DNA from: Tubiluchus corallicola
Taxonomy: Eukaryota; Animalia; Priapulida
Reading direction: 5' to 3'
Assembly: GCA_030141605.1 (NCBI GenBank)
Contig: JAQGDQ010000030.1
Span: 727,171 to 791,170, forward strand
Length of the DNA stretch: 64,000 nucleotides
Part shown: positions 40,034 through 51,962 of the stretch, piece by piece
Layout: every line of letters begins with the position of its first letter
Numbering within the stretch: the stretch's first letter is position 1
Program-made: the position numbers and the translations under genes
Notes under the pieces: generated by a model
Databases searched by the model: none
The model's input: only the letters and a program-made list of their open reading frames with translations
Told to the model about the DNA's origin: nothing

Positions 40034-41566
40034 ATGACAATTCAGCCTGCACTGCCTGTTATTGAAACGTATTCGTACCTTGTCGTCTGGTCTGGGATAG
40101 GTCTGTATTCTTGTTATGAAGCAAACGTTTTGGCGTATGAGAACAGACAGAATTTCAGCCTCAACATCTTCGAAGATGGTTGGGCTATTCTAGGCCACCA
40201 CAAGAAGGACATTTCAGATTTTGAATGGTCTTTTTGGCCAAAGTGGTTCTGGATATTGTTACCATGGTGCTGCAGTCATATAGTCATTGGTCGATTTGTG
40301 GACATGTACTTTTTTGATAAAAGGCACTATTTTTACTTACTTCACTCTCTTGCTGCTTTATGTTCAGTGATTCCAGTGTTGGCTGTTATGTACCTGTTCA
40401 GTCAATGTTGCATTATGTATTTTATCTCACTGTTCCGGAAACCACTGTTTTGTTGGATCGGTAGCTTAACGTTACTGGCAGCTTTAAACACGCCGAAGAT
40501 AGATCAGCTACAAAAATTTTACTTCCAACTTGACGGTAAAGATCTCGTTTTACTCTTGATATCGACAAATATGTTGAATATTAGATACACGAGTGCTGCC
40601 TTGGAATTTTCACATAAACCTCTCACTGAGGAGCCATCAAAATGGCGAGATTTAGTTAATTTTTTGGCATATTGCTTTTACCTGCCACTTTATTTAACCG
40701 GACCTCTGCTTAGATATGACTTGTTTGAAGACCAAATTAAGAAACCAAATGTTTGGTCAACAAGGAAACTGCTATACGTGCTGCGTGAGTTTACTCGGAT
40801 CTTTTTCTGGGCCCTTGTGATAGAGTTTGCTATGCACTTCTGTTATTTCAGTGCACTGTCAATTTACCTCCCTTTAAAAAGCAATATTGGGAGATGGCAG
40901 CTAGCGGGACTTGGGTATTCACATGGGGTATTTTTCCATATGAAATACATCGTTATGTTTGGCATACCTGCTACTATTGCTTTAATGGACGGCTTAGATC
41001 CACCATTTCAGCCAAAATGCACTAGTAGGATCCATTTGTACTCTGATATGTGGAGGTATTTTGACCGTGGCTTCTACAGTTTCTTGAAAAAGTACATATA
41101 TATACCAATTTCCAGTAGTTCTACAAGTGTGACTAGTAAATTTCTGGGTTCTGCTGCTTGCTTTTTGTACATGTATTTCTGGCACGGAATGTATAGCAAT
41201 TATACCACGTGGTGTACTTTGAATTTTATTGGTGTTTCCATGGAAAATATAGCTGCGCTTATTGTTTCTAAGCCACCTTTCAGAGTCTGGAAAGACCAAC
41301 ACATATCTCCAACTCAGAATCGTAGGCTGCAAGCAGCTATAGCTGCTGTTCTATGTCCAGCGTGCGTATTGTCAAATTTATACTTTTTCACGGACAGCGA
41401 AACTGGTAGTATATTTTTGGACAAGTTGGTATTGCACGGTACACCACAATCCTATGCAATGTTGTGGTTTTCATTTTATTGTCTCAGCCAGGCTTCAATG
41501 GAAGCAAAGCGATGGGAGGAAAGAGTCTGCTGGTGGGATCGTGAAAAGAAGCTGAAAAATTCTTAA
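40034..41566 (+). CDS. HHAT: HHAT/Rasp-like MBOAT acyltransferase, copy 2, intronless CDS, 510 aa
   Basis: Collinear with copy 1 (roughly 60% aa identity by eye). KDISDFEW, PKC, MWRYFDRG, YFWHG and the C-terminal KKLKNS are retained, with no disablements. Confidence 0.9.
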   Translation: MTIQPALPVIETYSYLVVWSGIGLYSCYEANVLAYENRQNFSLNIFEDGWAILGHHKKDISDFEWSFWPKWFWILLPWCCSHIVIGRFVDMYFFDKRHYFYLLHSLAALCSVIPVLAVMYLFSQCCIMYFISLFRKPLFCWIGSLTLLAALNTPKIDQLQKFYFQLDGKDLVLLLISTNMLNIRYTSAALEFSHKPLTEEPSKWRDLVNFLAYCFYLPLYLTGPLLRYDLFEDQIKKPNVWSTRKLLYVLREFTRIFFWALVIEFAMHFCYFSALSIYLPLKSNIGRWQLAGLGYSHGVFFHMKYIVMFGIPATIALMDGLDPPFQPKCTSRIHLYSDMWRYFDRGFYSFLKKYIYIPISSSSTSVTSKFLGSAACFLYMYFWHGMYSNYTTWCTLNFIGVSMENIAALIVSKPPFRVWKDQHISPTQNRRLQAAIAAVLCPACVLSNLYFFTDSETGSIFLDKLVLHGTPQSYAMLWFSFYCLSQASMEAKRWEERVCWWDREKKLKNS

Positions 41567-44500
41567 GGGACGTGTATTTCGTTCTTGTTATATGATAGAC
41601 TTTTCAGAACATATAAACTTTATAAACATTTCTTAACTTCATTTGATATTATTTTCACAGGAGCGTTTACAGCGAGTTTTACAGTAGTTTTAATGGAGCT
41701 TTTTTAATTTTGAAAATAGTAAATGATTGTTTAAAGTTAAAGTTTGACTTCACTTGTTTTTGGGAGTGTTCGAGCTACCTACTAATGTGTGTGATACGTA
41801 GTGCTCAGATGTCATTTAAGACGACTGATTATGAAAACTGTTTGCGACAGTTCTGTAAGTTTTGACAGTCATGCATAGTTCTTGTAGTAAGTCTACTAGC
41901 AACTGTCTGACAAAATAGGGAATAATTAACAGCGCAGTACGCACCGAGGATAAATTGTGCTAATATTCCCCAAACAATTATGCTGCTAATATAATTCACC
42001 CTTTCGTTGTTAATTATAACTGATTTTATAACTAGAGGTAACGTTTTTTTTGGGGGGGGGGTGTCATTTGCAATATTTCCCGTAGACATTTTTATCATTT
42101 GAGGGAAGAGAACTTCTCAGTAAGACACTCCTGCCGCTCATGAAAGCTTCTAACTGTGTCTCTATAAACTACCCAGGTAATTTAAGTTTTAAGACAAATC
42201 CGAAACTTTGACGACCCTAAAAATCGTGAGATTCTAATCTTCAAGCTTTTTAATGCGTGCCCGAATACTGTACTGATATTTTACCTCAAAACTCACCGAA
42301 CTTACAGTTGGTGTTCGAGTGGTGCACAAAGAAAAATTTTAGTTGCACTTTTTCTTTAATCGACTTTATTTAAGCAAAAGACACATTTTTCAGGCAAGAG
42401 ATATGTTTCCTGAGAATTTGACAAGCTAACCAACCCTGCGTGCATTTCAGCCATTCCTCAATCTTTAAAAGGAACACTAGAAATCTTGTTTTCCACATGT
42501 AGTTATTTATAGGAATAGTGTTAACAGGTGACATTTTTACTAGTAACGTTATGATTATAGAAATACGGTATAGCAGTATAATATTTACACTAGTGCATCA
42601 TAGTGGATCTATTATATAATTGAATTATAAAAAAAACAAGGAAACCATAATGGTAACTGTTATAATTGAATTTATTATGGTTCGTCATTGGTTAGCGAAA
42701 CTTGAGCAACAAGAAATAAACAAGGAGTGGGTGACCAGGAAGTGGCGAACAATCCGCAGAAGAAATAAGTGAGTGACGAACAGTGGAGGAGTTAGAATTG
42801 ACGTCTAACATAATGTCAATCATTTTCGTTGACTGCCCAATCAGCGCGCAAGTTATTTCACACACTACTGCAGCAGGTATGTTCGGGACATTTAGCTACA
42901 GTTCCGTCTAACACTGTCATGAAAAATGCTCAATTTTTCATTAGTTAGCGGGAAAAATATTGACTTGGTTCTAGATTATAATATTGTCAACTGATATTGC
43001 AAGTGAATTAGTAGAAATATATAGTCTAGTTTCGTTTATATGAAGAAATGCACAACGCTTACGTCTATGAGTTGCTGTTTGAACCATTTTGCAATCAAGA
43101 AAATACGCAGTTTAATTTAGTTTATGGCTTTGCAAGTTAGATAAAAGAACTATCTGATTAACTTTAAATAAGGTCAAAACAAAATGTTTTCTTTTCTTCC
43201 CAGTTTTTATAAACCTCAATGAGATCTTAACAGTCAAAATTAATTCAAATGTGGTCAAAACTTACATTATACATCAATGTAATATTAGCTAATTTTACGC
43301 TATCTTTCCGGTTATAATCAAGGTTAAAAGATACCATTGGCACTTGTGTGACTCGGGCATTCAATATAAGATTCGTCTATGGAATGGAACAGTCAAATTT
43401 ATTCTATATCCGTAGCCTGACAAACGGAAAAATACAAAAAACTTAATAAATCTTGCAGAGCACATGATCACTTAATATAGAAAAATGCATCGCAGGCTTG
43501 AATTTCGTATGTTTAAAGGTAAGAGATTCTTAATATTTTTGTTGCTAATTTATTGTAAAGCAAGGCAAACTTGCTTAGTTTCTTTATTATACTTATGTCT
43601 CTGTATTTTGTAGTGGTTTGAAACCTCGTCTCTACATTCTGTTTAAATTGAAAAGTCATTTTTTGGCTACTTAAACTGTTAATTTCGTTTAAAAATAGCT
43701 GCTGCGCTGCATATTTGTGTTTATGAAAATGCACAATCAGTTTGCCTGCGGATTAAACATTAATTGTGACTGCCATGTTGGACACAGATTTGCAAATTTC
43801 CTTTAGACACATGTGCATGTTGGATACATAGGTCCTGTGTCTAAAACACCTGTAACCTACTTAAAGGTCTGTTACATCAATTCACCTAACATACTACATT
43901 TTAGAGGAAGGCCTTGTTTTTGAGCACTGGTTTGCTGCTTTTTTTAGTTATGAAAGTACAAAGTGGTACATGATCACGTATTGTCTAGTAATAAATGATA
44001 CATACTTTTATTACTTCAATAATAGACTTTGTGTGCGGCAGAAACTGCTGTAAAAACATTGGTATTGTTATATTATGCAAAGCATGACCTGCCATTCAAA
44101 GACAAAGACTGGCATTACAAGTTTCGAGATTTACACATACTGCTTCTTCACTCAATCAATGTGAAAATGAGTTAATATCAATAATAAATTCTAATTACTG
44201 AAGCAACAAAGTGACTCAGTTTGTCTTGCAGGATTATTAATAATAAATTCATCATGTCCATTACCATCATCATTTACTTTGTGGTCTGTTACCACAATCA
44301 TCATCATTAGTTTTTCTTAGATTAGTAACACCCAATAAGATTTGCTGTAAATTGGGCATATAGGTTGATTTTGGTCGTTTCAAGCTGTTCTAAACTTTCA
44401 TGCATTTACTTGGTATATCCATGTATGGCACACTATCGTGCAGTGGCGGCTCATGTATATGTACTGTGGTACTGCAGCACCTCCTGTTTTCACATTACTA

Positions 44501-45271
44501 TCGATTCGATAATATTCAATATAATAATCTTTTTCCTTTAGTTCTTTCTTTACACTTGTGCAGAACCGGAGCACGTGAGGGAAGTACAATTTGATTCACA
44601 GCCCAGTACAGTGGTGTTTGGCTGCTAAAAGATAAAATATCAGGGCCATGCATAGCTCAGGTTGCCATAAACTAATGTGAAAATGTCAGTTAGCTGTTCT
44701 TTAATGTTTGTATTGACTTATCAACAGCCTTTGTCGTTACTTGTGATGAATGGAAATGATTTTGTTTGTCATGCCTTGATCAAAATGCGAGTTGCTGTTC
44801 GTCACTGAAGCTACATCTGATGGGGATTCTAAAACGTAAATTGGGCAATGAGAAATACACTGAACATGTTTAAATGGCCCGTATTACCCTTAGGAGAGTC
44901 GAATTCTTTTGTCTAAAAGAATGTATGAGCTGATTTGGTGTCCCTATCCAAAACACGTACGTGCCCAAGTCTATAACACGTTCAGTTTAAATAATTTTGT
45001 TACCCTGTTTACTAAATAGCTTTATCTCAGTGTGATTGGTTATCAGTCTCAAGATTCCGGAGGTCTATTATAAATTAGGAACCGTTTATCCACTATCACA
45101 TGTGATTAAAGCCAAGTAGCAAAAATTTTTGGCAGTTCAGTTCGCCCAGGTATTCCTCTCTAAGCTGCCGAGTTAAGCAGACGCTTTCAAGTCATAAAAC
45201 GATGGTCTAGTGGTTACAGTGTATTTTTGCAATAAAAGAACTGACAACTTCTGTTGACATGGCTGTAATGT

Positions 45272-45440
45272 TGATGATGCATACCTGTTACTGGTGTTAC
45301 CTGTTGCTAATGATACTTACCAGTTGTTTAATTAGGATACTTATCTGTTGCTGACGATATTTACCTGGTGTTGATGATACTTACGTGATACATGTTGGTA
45401 CTTACCTGCTGTCATAGCAATCGTTGGTGATCCTTACATT
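45272..45440 (-). repeat. ~20-bp tandem repeat whose units each carry a 5' splice-site consensus on the minus strand
   Basis: Plus-strand GATACTTACC(T)G-like motifs. Minus-strand donors at 45437, 45405, 45384, 45364, (45344, mutated to AT), 45320, 45300 and 45284. Confidence 0.75.
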
Positions 45441-46148
45441 GTGATGAATCTAGAAAGACGAATGTTATACTGTTATGGCGTCATATAAGTGGAGTCGTCA
45501 CGGTAATCAGGAGTCGTCAAAGTTCAGCGTCGTCATCGTCGTCCCACGTGATTAATTGCAGGAAGGAGAAGTAGTCCTGTGCTGCTAACAGTCTCATGGC
45601 ATTGGATTTCACGGTAGAAGACTGATGATGAAGAGTCTGAGTAGTGACACTTAATGGGGACAGATGAAAGACTTGCTTGAAAATGCAACAATAGCATCGA
45701 GGAAAGACTAGTGACAAAATTTTTCTACATCTTAGCCAGCTTAATTCTACCTGATTGCCTAAATATGAGTAGAAATCTGTTTGTTTGCAATGTATTTAAA
45801 TGTTCATTAGATTGTTAGTTAGTAGTTTTGCTTATTTCATCGGACCAAGTATTTCTTACCCAAGGGTTACACTAAAGTCACCGAGCATTTTTTACGATTC
45901 TGAAAATTGCGTTACATCGTCACAACTGGGTTACTGCTTGTATACAGTTAATCGTGTGGATGCATGCCTCTGTGAAGTGAAGTCATGTGAACACGAGTGA
46001 CGTCGTCGGGTTTCTTAAATTGCCCATTAAAATACTGGGGCTTTGAGTTCAGATTGAAAGTAGCCAAAAGTTCTATATTCCTTTAGTCACCAATTTTGTC
46101 TTTATTTTTATTATTAACTTCATCAATAATATGAAGATGAATGGAAAC

Positions 46149-46537
46149 TAGGGCTGGCTCTAGATAGCGCCCCCTCCTCAACGGTCCACCCCCCCACGGT
46201 CCCAACCTTGCCTCCAACATTGATTTTTTTATAATATTATAATAAAATATAACAGTGCCTGCGTGTTAATCTTACACATGTATTATAGTTCACCAATTGA
46301 ATGTGCGTACCTATCTGTAGCTAGTAATCAAATTTCTGCAATCTTGGCTAGATTTTCACCCAATTTTTTCACCAGAAAATTTCTGAATCCCCACTCTTTT
46401 TTTTCACGTATACATTCGTTTCATTATTATTATGTTATTAGGTATTCTAAACTTAAAAATGAAAGAATTACATTCAGAATTTGGCGCCTCCCCTAAGTTT
46501 GGCGCCCTACGCAATTGCCTAGTATGAGCCGGCCCTG
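46149..46537. mobile_element. Non-autonomous hAT element with a perfect 8-bp TSD
   Basis: ATGGAAAC|TAGGGCTGGCTC ... GAGCCGGCCCTG|ATGGAAAC. An 8-bp TSD with CAGGG-type TIRs is typical of hAT. Confidence 0.85.
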
Positions 46538-47310
46538 ATGGAAACCAATCTTGCTTGCACTACCTACAAGTCTATTAATAATATTTAATTCACATGAAAC
46601 ACGTAAGTGAATTAGTAATGTGTGACCTATTAGTCTTTTTTCTATTTTTATTGTTTTATAACCTGGTAAGTCCTTAATTTTCAAAAAGCTGGAGCGATTA
46701 ATAAAAACTCCTATAATAAAAAAATCAGAAAGCGCGAATATTTTTTGTTTACCTTATTTCTTGTTTCTGATAATAGTACATCATCGCGTTTTATCTCATT
46801 CTTTGATTTTTTAAGTTTTACAATTAACTGATTAAATTTGTAACCAGTAAGCATGCTAAAACTCACTGAAATTTATTACCAGCTTTATAAGGTCCAACAC
46901 ATAAATTGCGAGCTGTTTTTTGCGGAGCTGATAAGACACTGTCAGAGAAAAATCTCAATTGCTTTTGTATTTCATTGTACGTTATAATATATTTGTTGAG
47001 TAGTTATAGATATATGTGATAATATTAGTAAAAGCTTTGTGTAAAATAGGTAAGATCAGTCTTAATAGAACAAATAATTAATCTTGAGCGTGGTATTATA
47101 AGTGTCGCCAGTTAATTTGAGTTAAAAGAACTTTCTTCCGTTGGATAAATTAATTCATATTATACCAGCAATTCAATGCTGTATGGGAAGATGTATTTTT
47201 GGTGGTGGGTGTGTTCAGAAATCAAGGTTAAACTTCCAAAATCACGGATATTAGTACTTCAAATTTTATTCATTATCATAAAACATAAAAAACAATTTTT
47301 TACTCTATAG

Positions 47311-47451
47311 GACGATTATGCAAATTTTACGTACAAGCTGAAAGCAAGTGGAGACAGCAGTTTATTTGTCATAGATGAAAATACAGGACTTATTAAAGTA
47401 GCTAAATCAGCAGATATTGATTATGAAAACTCGCCTCTGATTCGTTTGATA
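47311..47451 (+). CDS. Isolated exon encoding part of a cadherin (EC) repeat
   Basis: TTTTTTACTCTATAG|GAC...ATA|GTAGGT, 141 nt and open: DDYANFTYKLKASGDSSLFVIDENTGLIKVAKSADIDYENSPLIRLI, matching YxL...FxIDxxTGxI...DYE. No partner exons were found in the window. Confidence 0.7.
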
Positions 47452-47989
47452 GTAGGTAACTAGCAGTTTATTAACGTCAACTATGATAATTGGCCCCAGT
47501 GCTTTTTTTAGTGGACAATGAACATTTGAGAAAACGTAGATCCATTGGTTTCAGTTCGTTTAAGTGTGACAATGCTCACACTGTCTAATACAGTTTGTAA
47601 CTTGAAAAACGATTCGTTTTTAATTCAATATTTTGAATATGCAATTCAGTATTTCGACAAAAGTGAGATAAATCTCACTCAAGAGTTAGTACATAAAAAC
47701 GTTTTGCAATTGTGCTCGTGTAACAGAGTTTCAATTGTGCTGTTGTTGTCATGTGATATGCGCCCGTAAAGAGGCACGTAGCAACAAGAAGCCATTTTTC
47801 TCTTCCATGTAACGCTGGCGTGACAATAAAACTAACAGTAGTTTCATAATAAATAAATATTTCTCTCCGATATACCTGCGTCTAAAATGTAGGCATCATC
47901 ATATTATCACACTTCATTTCAAAGTCATTTTACTCAAACAGAAATTATTAAGACTGTTATTATATATAACGACTGGGTAGATATGTAAA

Positions 47990-48125
47990 ACTAGAGGACC
48001 AGATTAAATTTTTGGCTTGTTGCTTCTATTTACCACTTTACTTCGTGGGACCACTTCTTACATTTGAATTGTTTGAAGCACAAATGAAGAGACCAAATAC
48101 TTTGTCAGCCAGGAAAGTCCTATGT
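47990..48125 (+). pseudogene. HHAT: Internal HHAT fragment, close to copy 3
   Basis: TTTTTGGCTTGTTGCTTCTATTTACCACTTTACTTCGTGGGACCACTTCTTACATTTGAATTGTTTGAAGCACAAATGAAGAGACCAAAT aligns with 49248-49340 (FLAxCFYLPLYFVGPLLTxELFEAQM). Confidence 0.85.
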
Positions 48126-48618
48126 ATTTATATATTTATTGGGTAATCACAATTACAATCACACAATACAGACACCGATTATAAAGATACAATTACACAC
48201 ATATACAGCGCTACAAAAAAACTATACAATATATATATATGCTGCTGGTATTTGTAGTTCTCAGTTACTTACACTTTAGCATTTTCTTCAGGCTTTATTG
48301 TTTTTTAATGATGGTGAAGCTTTTGCTGCTTTTTAAGTCTTTTGCATTACATTTTGCATGTAATAATGAGATATTTCTATTGTTTGCGATGATACCCGGT
48401 GGCTTGTTTTAATGCAATAATTATTAATAAAGAATAATATTAAATTTTGTTTGCTTTTAGTTTTGATATAATACCAATTTAATGCTAATAAACTCGTAAT
48501 TTACTAAGAGTGCCATCTTTTCCTACTTTTCCATTTATGCCATTTTACCTACAAAAAGACCTACTGATGCTTCTATAATGCAGGTAGAACGATTGTTGCC
48601 TATTTCAGTGAATGACCA

Positions 48619-50185
48619 ATGGCCAAATCAGCTCGTCCACCTAACCCAGCTTTGCCAGTTGTTGAAGTGTACGCATATTTCGTTATTTGGATTGCAATTG
48701 TTTTGTATTGTTGCTATGAGTGCTTCATTTTGATGCATGAATACAGAAAGCAATTGTCAGAAGAAAGCTTCAGAAACAGTTGGGAAGTGCTAGAAAACCA
48801 GAAAGATATCTCAGATCATAATTGGATGTGTTGGTTTAATTTTTTTGGCTAATATTACCATGGTGCTGTTGTCATATGATCACTGGTCGAATTGTGGACA
48901 TGTACTTTTTTGATAGGAGACATTACTTTTATTTACTTCATTCTCTTTTTGCTATATGTTCCATATTTCCTCTGGTGAGCATTTTATATCTGTTTACTCA
49001 TTGTTGCATCATGTATTTCATGTCGTTCTTCAGAAAGCCAGTGCTCTGCTGGGCCTGTAGTTTAGCCTTGCTGACCTTTCACATACCAAAATTCTACGAA
49101 TTGCAAGCACTCTTTCTTCGACTGGACGGCATTTGTGACACGTTCTTGTTTATGTCAACAGCATTTATGTTAAATGTCAGGCAAACCAGTGCAGCCTTGG
49201 AATTTTCAAAGAAGCCGGAGAGGCTGTCAAAATTAGAGGACTTGAAGTTTTTGGCTTATTGCTTTTATTTACCACTTTACTTCGTGGGGCCACTTCTTAC
49301 GTATGAATTGTTTGAAGCACAAATGAGGAGACCAAATATTTGGTCAGTCAGGAAAGTTCTATATGTCCTGCGCGAGTTTGCTAGAATCTTTTTCTGGACA
49401 CTTGTGATAGAATTAATTTCACACTTTTATCACTTTAGAGCATTATCCATTGACCCGCCCTCAGTAAACAAAATGGGACGATGGGCACTGGTGGGACTGG
49501 CATATTCACAAGCACAAATGTTTCATATGTGTCATGTTGTAATGTATGGCATACCTGGCACTATTGCTTGGACGCACCAGGCTTGGATGGATTGGACGCA
49601 CCAGGCCAACCAAAATGTTTAACTCGAATGCATTCTAATATGTCCAATATGTGGAGGTATTTCGATCGTGGTCTGCATAGCTTCCTGAAAACTTACGCAT
49701 ACATCCCAATTTCTGGTATTTCTGGTATTTCTGGTAATATTCCCCGTAAGATCTTGGGAACTGCAGTCTGTTTCCTTTACGTATATTTTTGGCATGGTAT
49801 GTACAGCCATGTTCTTATCTGGTGCACAGTGAGCTTTATTTTCGTCTCACTAGAAAATGCAGCATCACTTGTGGCTTCAAAACAACTTGTCAAAAGATGG
49901 AAGGAGCAGTACTTAACCTCGGCACAGTATCGGAGATTGCAGGCAGCTGTAGTTGGCTGTCTCTGTCCAGTGAGTACTGCAGCAAACATTTACTACACGA
50001 TGGGTAGTGAAATTGGTGACTTTTATCTGGATAAAATGATTTCACATGGCACGCTACAATATTACGCCATATTGTGGTTGTCAGGATACTGTGTTTGCCA
50101 AGTTTCAATGGAAATAGACCAGTGGGAAACGAAAGTCTCCTGGTGGGATCGTGACAAGAGATTGAAGTCGTTCATTCTATTCTAA
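48619..50185 (+). pseudogene. HHAT: HHAT copy 3, full-length but with two frameshifts
   Basis: Three ORF pieces (48619-48852, 48876-49622, 49481-50185) concatenate to a whole HHAT. There is a frameshift in the T-run at ~48840-48846 and a second from a duplicated TTGGACGCACCAGGC at ~49568-49606. An in-frame (ATTTCTGGT)x3 is present; the conserved EW is changed to NW; the C-terminal KxKxx is lost. Confidence 0.88.
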
Positions 50186-51962
50186 CAAAACCGAAGTGGC
50201 AACTGATTTTGAAATCTGCTGTGGTTCTCTTAGAATCCTGTCTCCCGTAATAGACTACATATTTAAATATTAATATTGTTTATTTTCGTTTTTGGTCAAT
50301 TGCAATTTTGCAATTATGTTAATTGTGACCGCTTTAACTTTAATTATAACAATTTGTGTGTTTTTAGTAAAATATCCCGTGTTTAAACATCACGGTTTGA
50401 TTTGCATTTGCTAAGGTTTGTGAAAAGAATGGATACTTTTTTCAAGGTCATTTCAAGTCATTGAAGTTAACGCTTATGTTATAAGCATAGTTAGTAAATG
50501 CAGATTCATAAGCGTAATTTTTGTATTATAGCTCTAAATTAAGCTTGCACTCTGGTCATTTTCGGCAATTTATATATCAAACGAAATGCCTTGATCTGGT
50601 GTTTTCTCACTGATATTTTATTTCCGAATTGGGTCCGCTGGGAATAACAGGGGACAAAACCAAGTTAGCACATATTTCAACACAAGCGTAGTGGAAAAAG
50701 AATTTTTTTTACCAAATGTTACCAGAGCTTGAGGCCCCCAGTTGAAAGACCCTGCGCTGCAGCCTACGCTGGTCTACACACAGGATAATCCGGCCCTGGA
50801 AATAGAAAAGCTGCACTTCAAAGATCTTTTTCAAGTCCCAGTGCTGCACGCTGTATGGAACACACAGGATTTCAGAAATTACGCCCCCCCCTTAATTCTG
50901 GCAGTTGTGTTCACCCATCGTTTCAACCTAGTACTACGCAGAATGCTAACTTTGTGTTCTATTGATTATAAGTGTATTATAAACAAAATCATTTGCTTTC
51001 TGCTAGAAGAACTTCTGAAGAACATTGACCGAAAACTGCTAGAGTACTACTTTTCAGTTCGAATTTATGGATTGACTTTAAATGATGTTGAAATGACCTT
51101 GAAGATCACCAGCAATATGGCCCCCAAACTTTTCAGAAACTTTAGGCGACCCATTGGTGCAGTTTCAAAAAAGGAGGAAAACATTTCAAATAGCAAATTT
51201 TGTAAAGGTAAATTCTCTAAAGCACTAAATTGGGAAAATACATTAACCCAAGAGGACATTGTAACCTATTACTACTTTGTAAATTTACTTTAATAAAAAC
51301 AATAAGAAATGGTATCAATAAAAAGCAATAGTCCTCCAAATCAGCCCTCAAAATTTTACTATCGTTATCTGAAGTGACTTTGTTTCGAATCTGATGACAC
51401 TGCTGAGAGATTGGAATCGAAACATTTTAACTGCAAACTGGCCTGAATTGATCCTGAATTGATCCTGAATTGATCCAAACTTTCTCAGTTCTTTCAAACA
51501 CGAGTTTTCTTAAATTATTTAGCAAGTCTTGGATTATTGAAGGGAGACAAATGTTACTAGTAGTCAGTAGTAGACAGTATAGCTGATCCTTCTATATTTC
51601 CGTAGCAACCTACAATTCTGAAAGTAAAAAAATAAAACTTTATACAGTGTAGACTGCAGTACTACAGTTGGCAGTAGTGTAAAAAAAACACTAAGTTGGT
51701 TTTGTGTGTATGGTAAATATTGAAAAATTGTTTGTTTGCTATTTATTATATCTGCTATTCACTATATTTATTGCTTGTTCGTTCATGTACGGGCTCATTC
51801 ACAGATAAATAAAATTAATAAAATTAATAAGCAGCTCTGTTAGAACCAGATGAACAAACTAATTTAGTAAAATTAAATTTGAAATTCATAGGACAATATT
51901 GATAAAGTCTATCGTCCCAAATGTTCTCCTGAAAAATCTGTTAGAAGAGGAAAGATGTGACG

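Noticed and set aside
48619-50185. Copy 3 as a copy-1/copy-2 recombinant chimera
   Set aside because: Shared residues are interspersed rather than in blocks; a formal recombination test would be needed.
50742-51293. 183-aa ORF downstream of HHAT copy 3
   Set aside because: Non-ATG start, no recognisable domain, and it crosses TE-like fragments (e.g. GGATAATCCGGCCCTG).
51391-51423. CTGATGA...GAAAC hammerhead-like motif
   Set aside because: The intervening sequence cannot form stem II and there is no convincing stem III or cleavage triplet.
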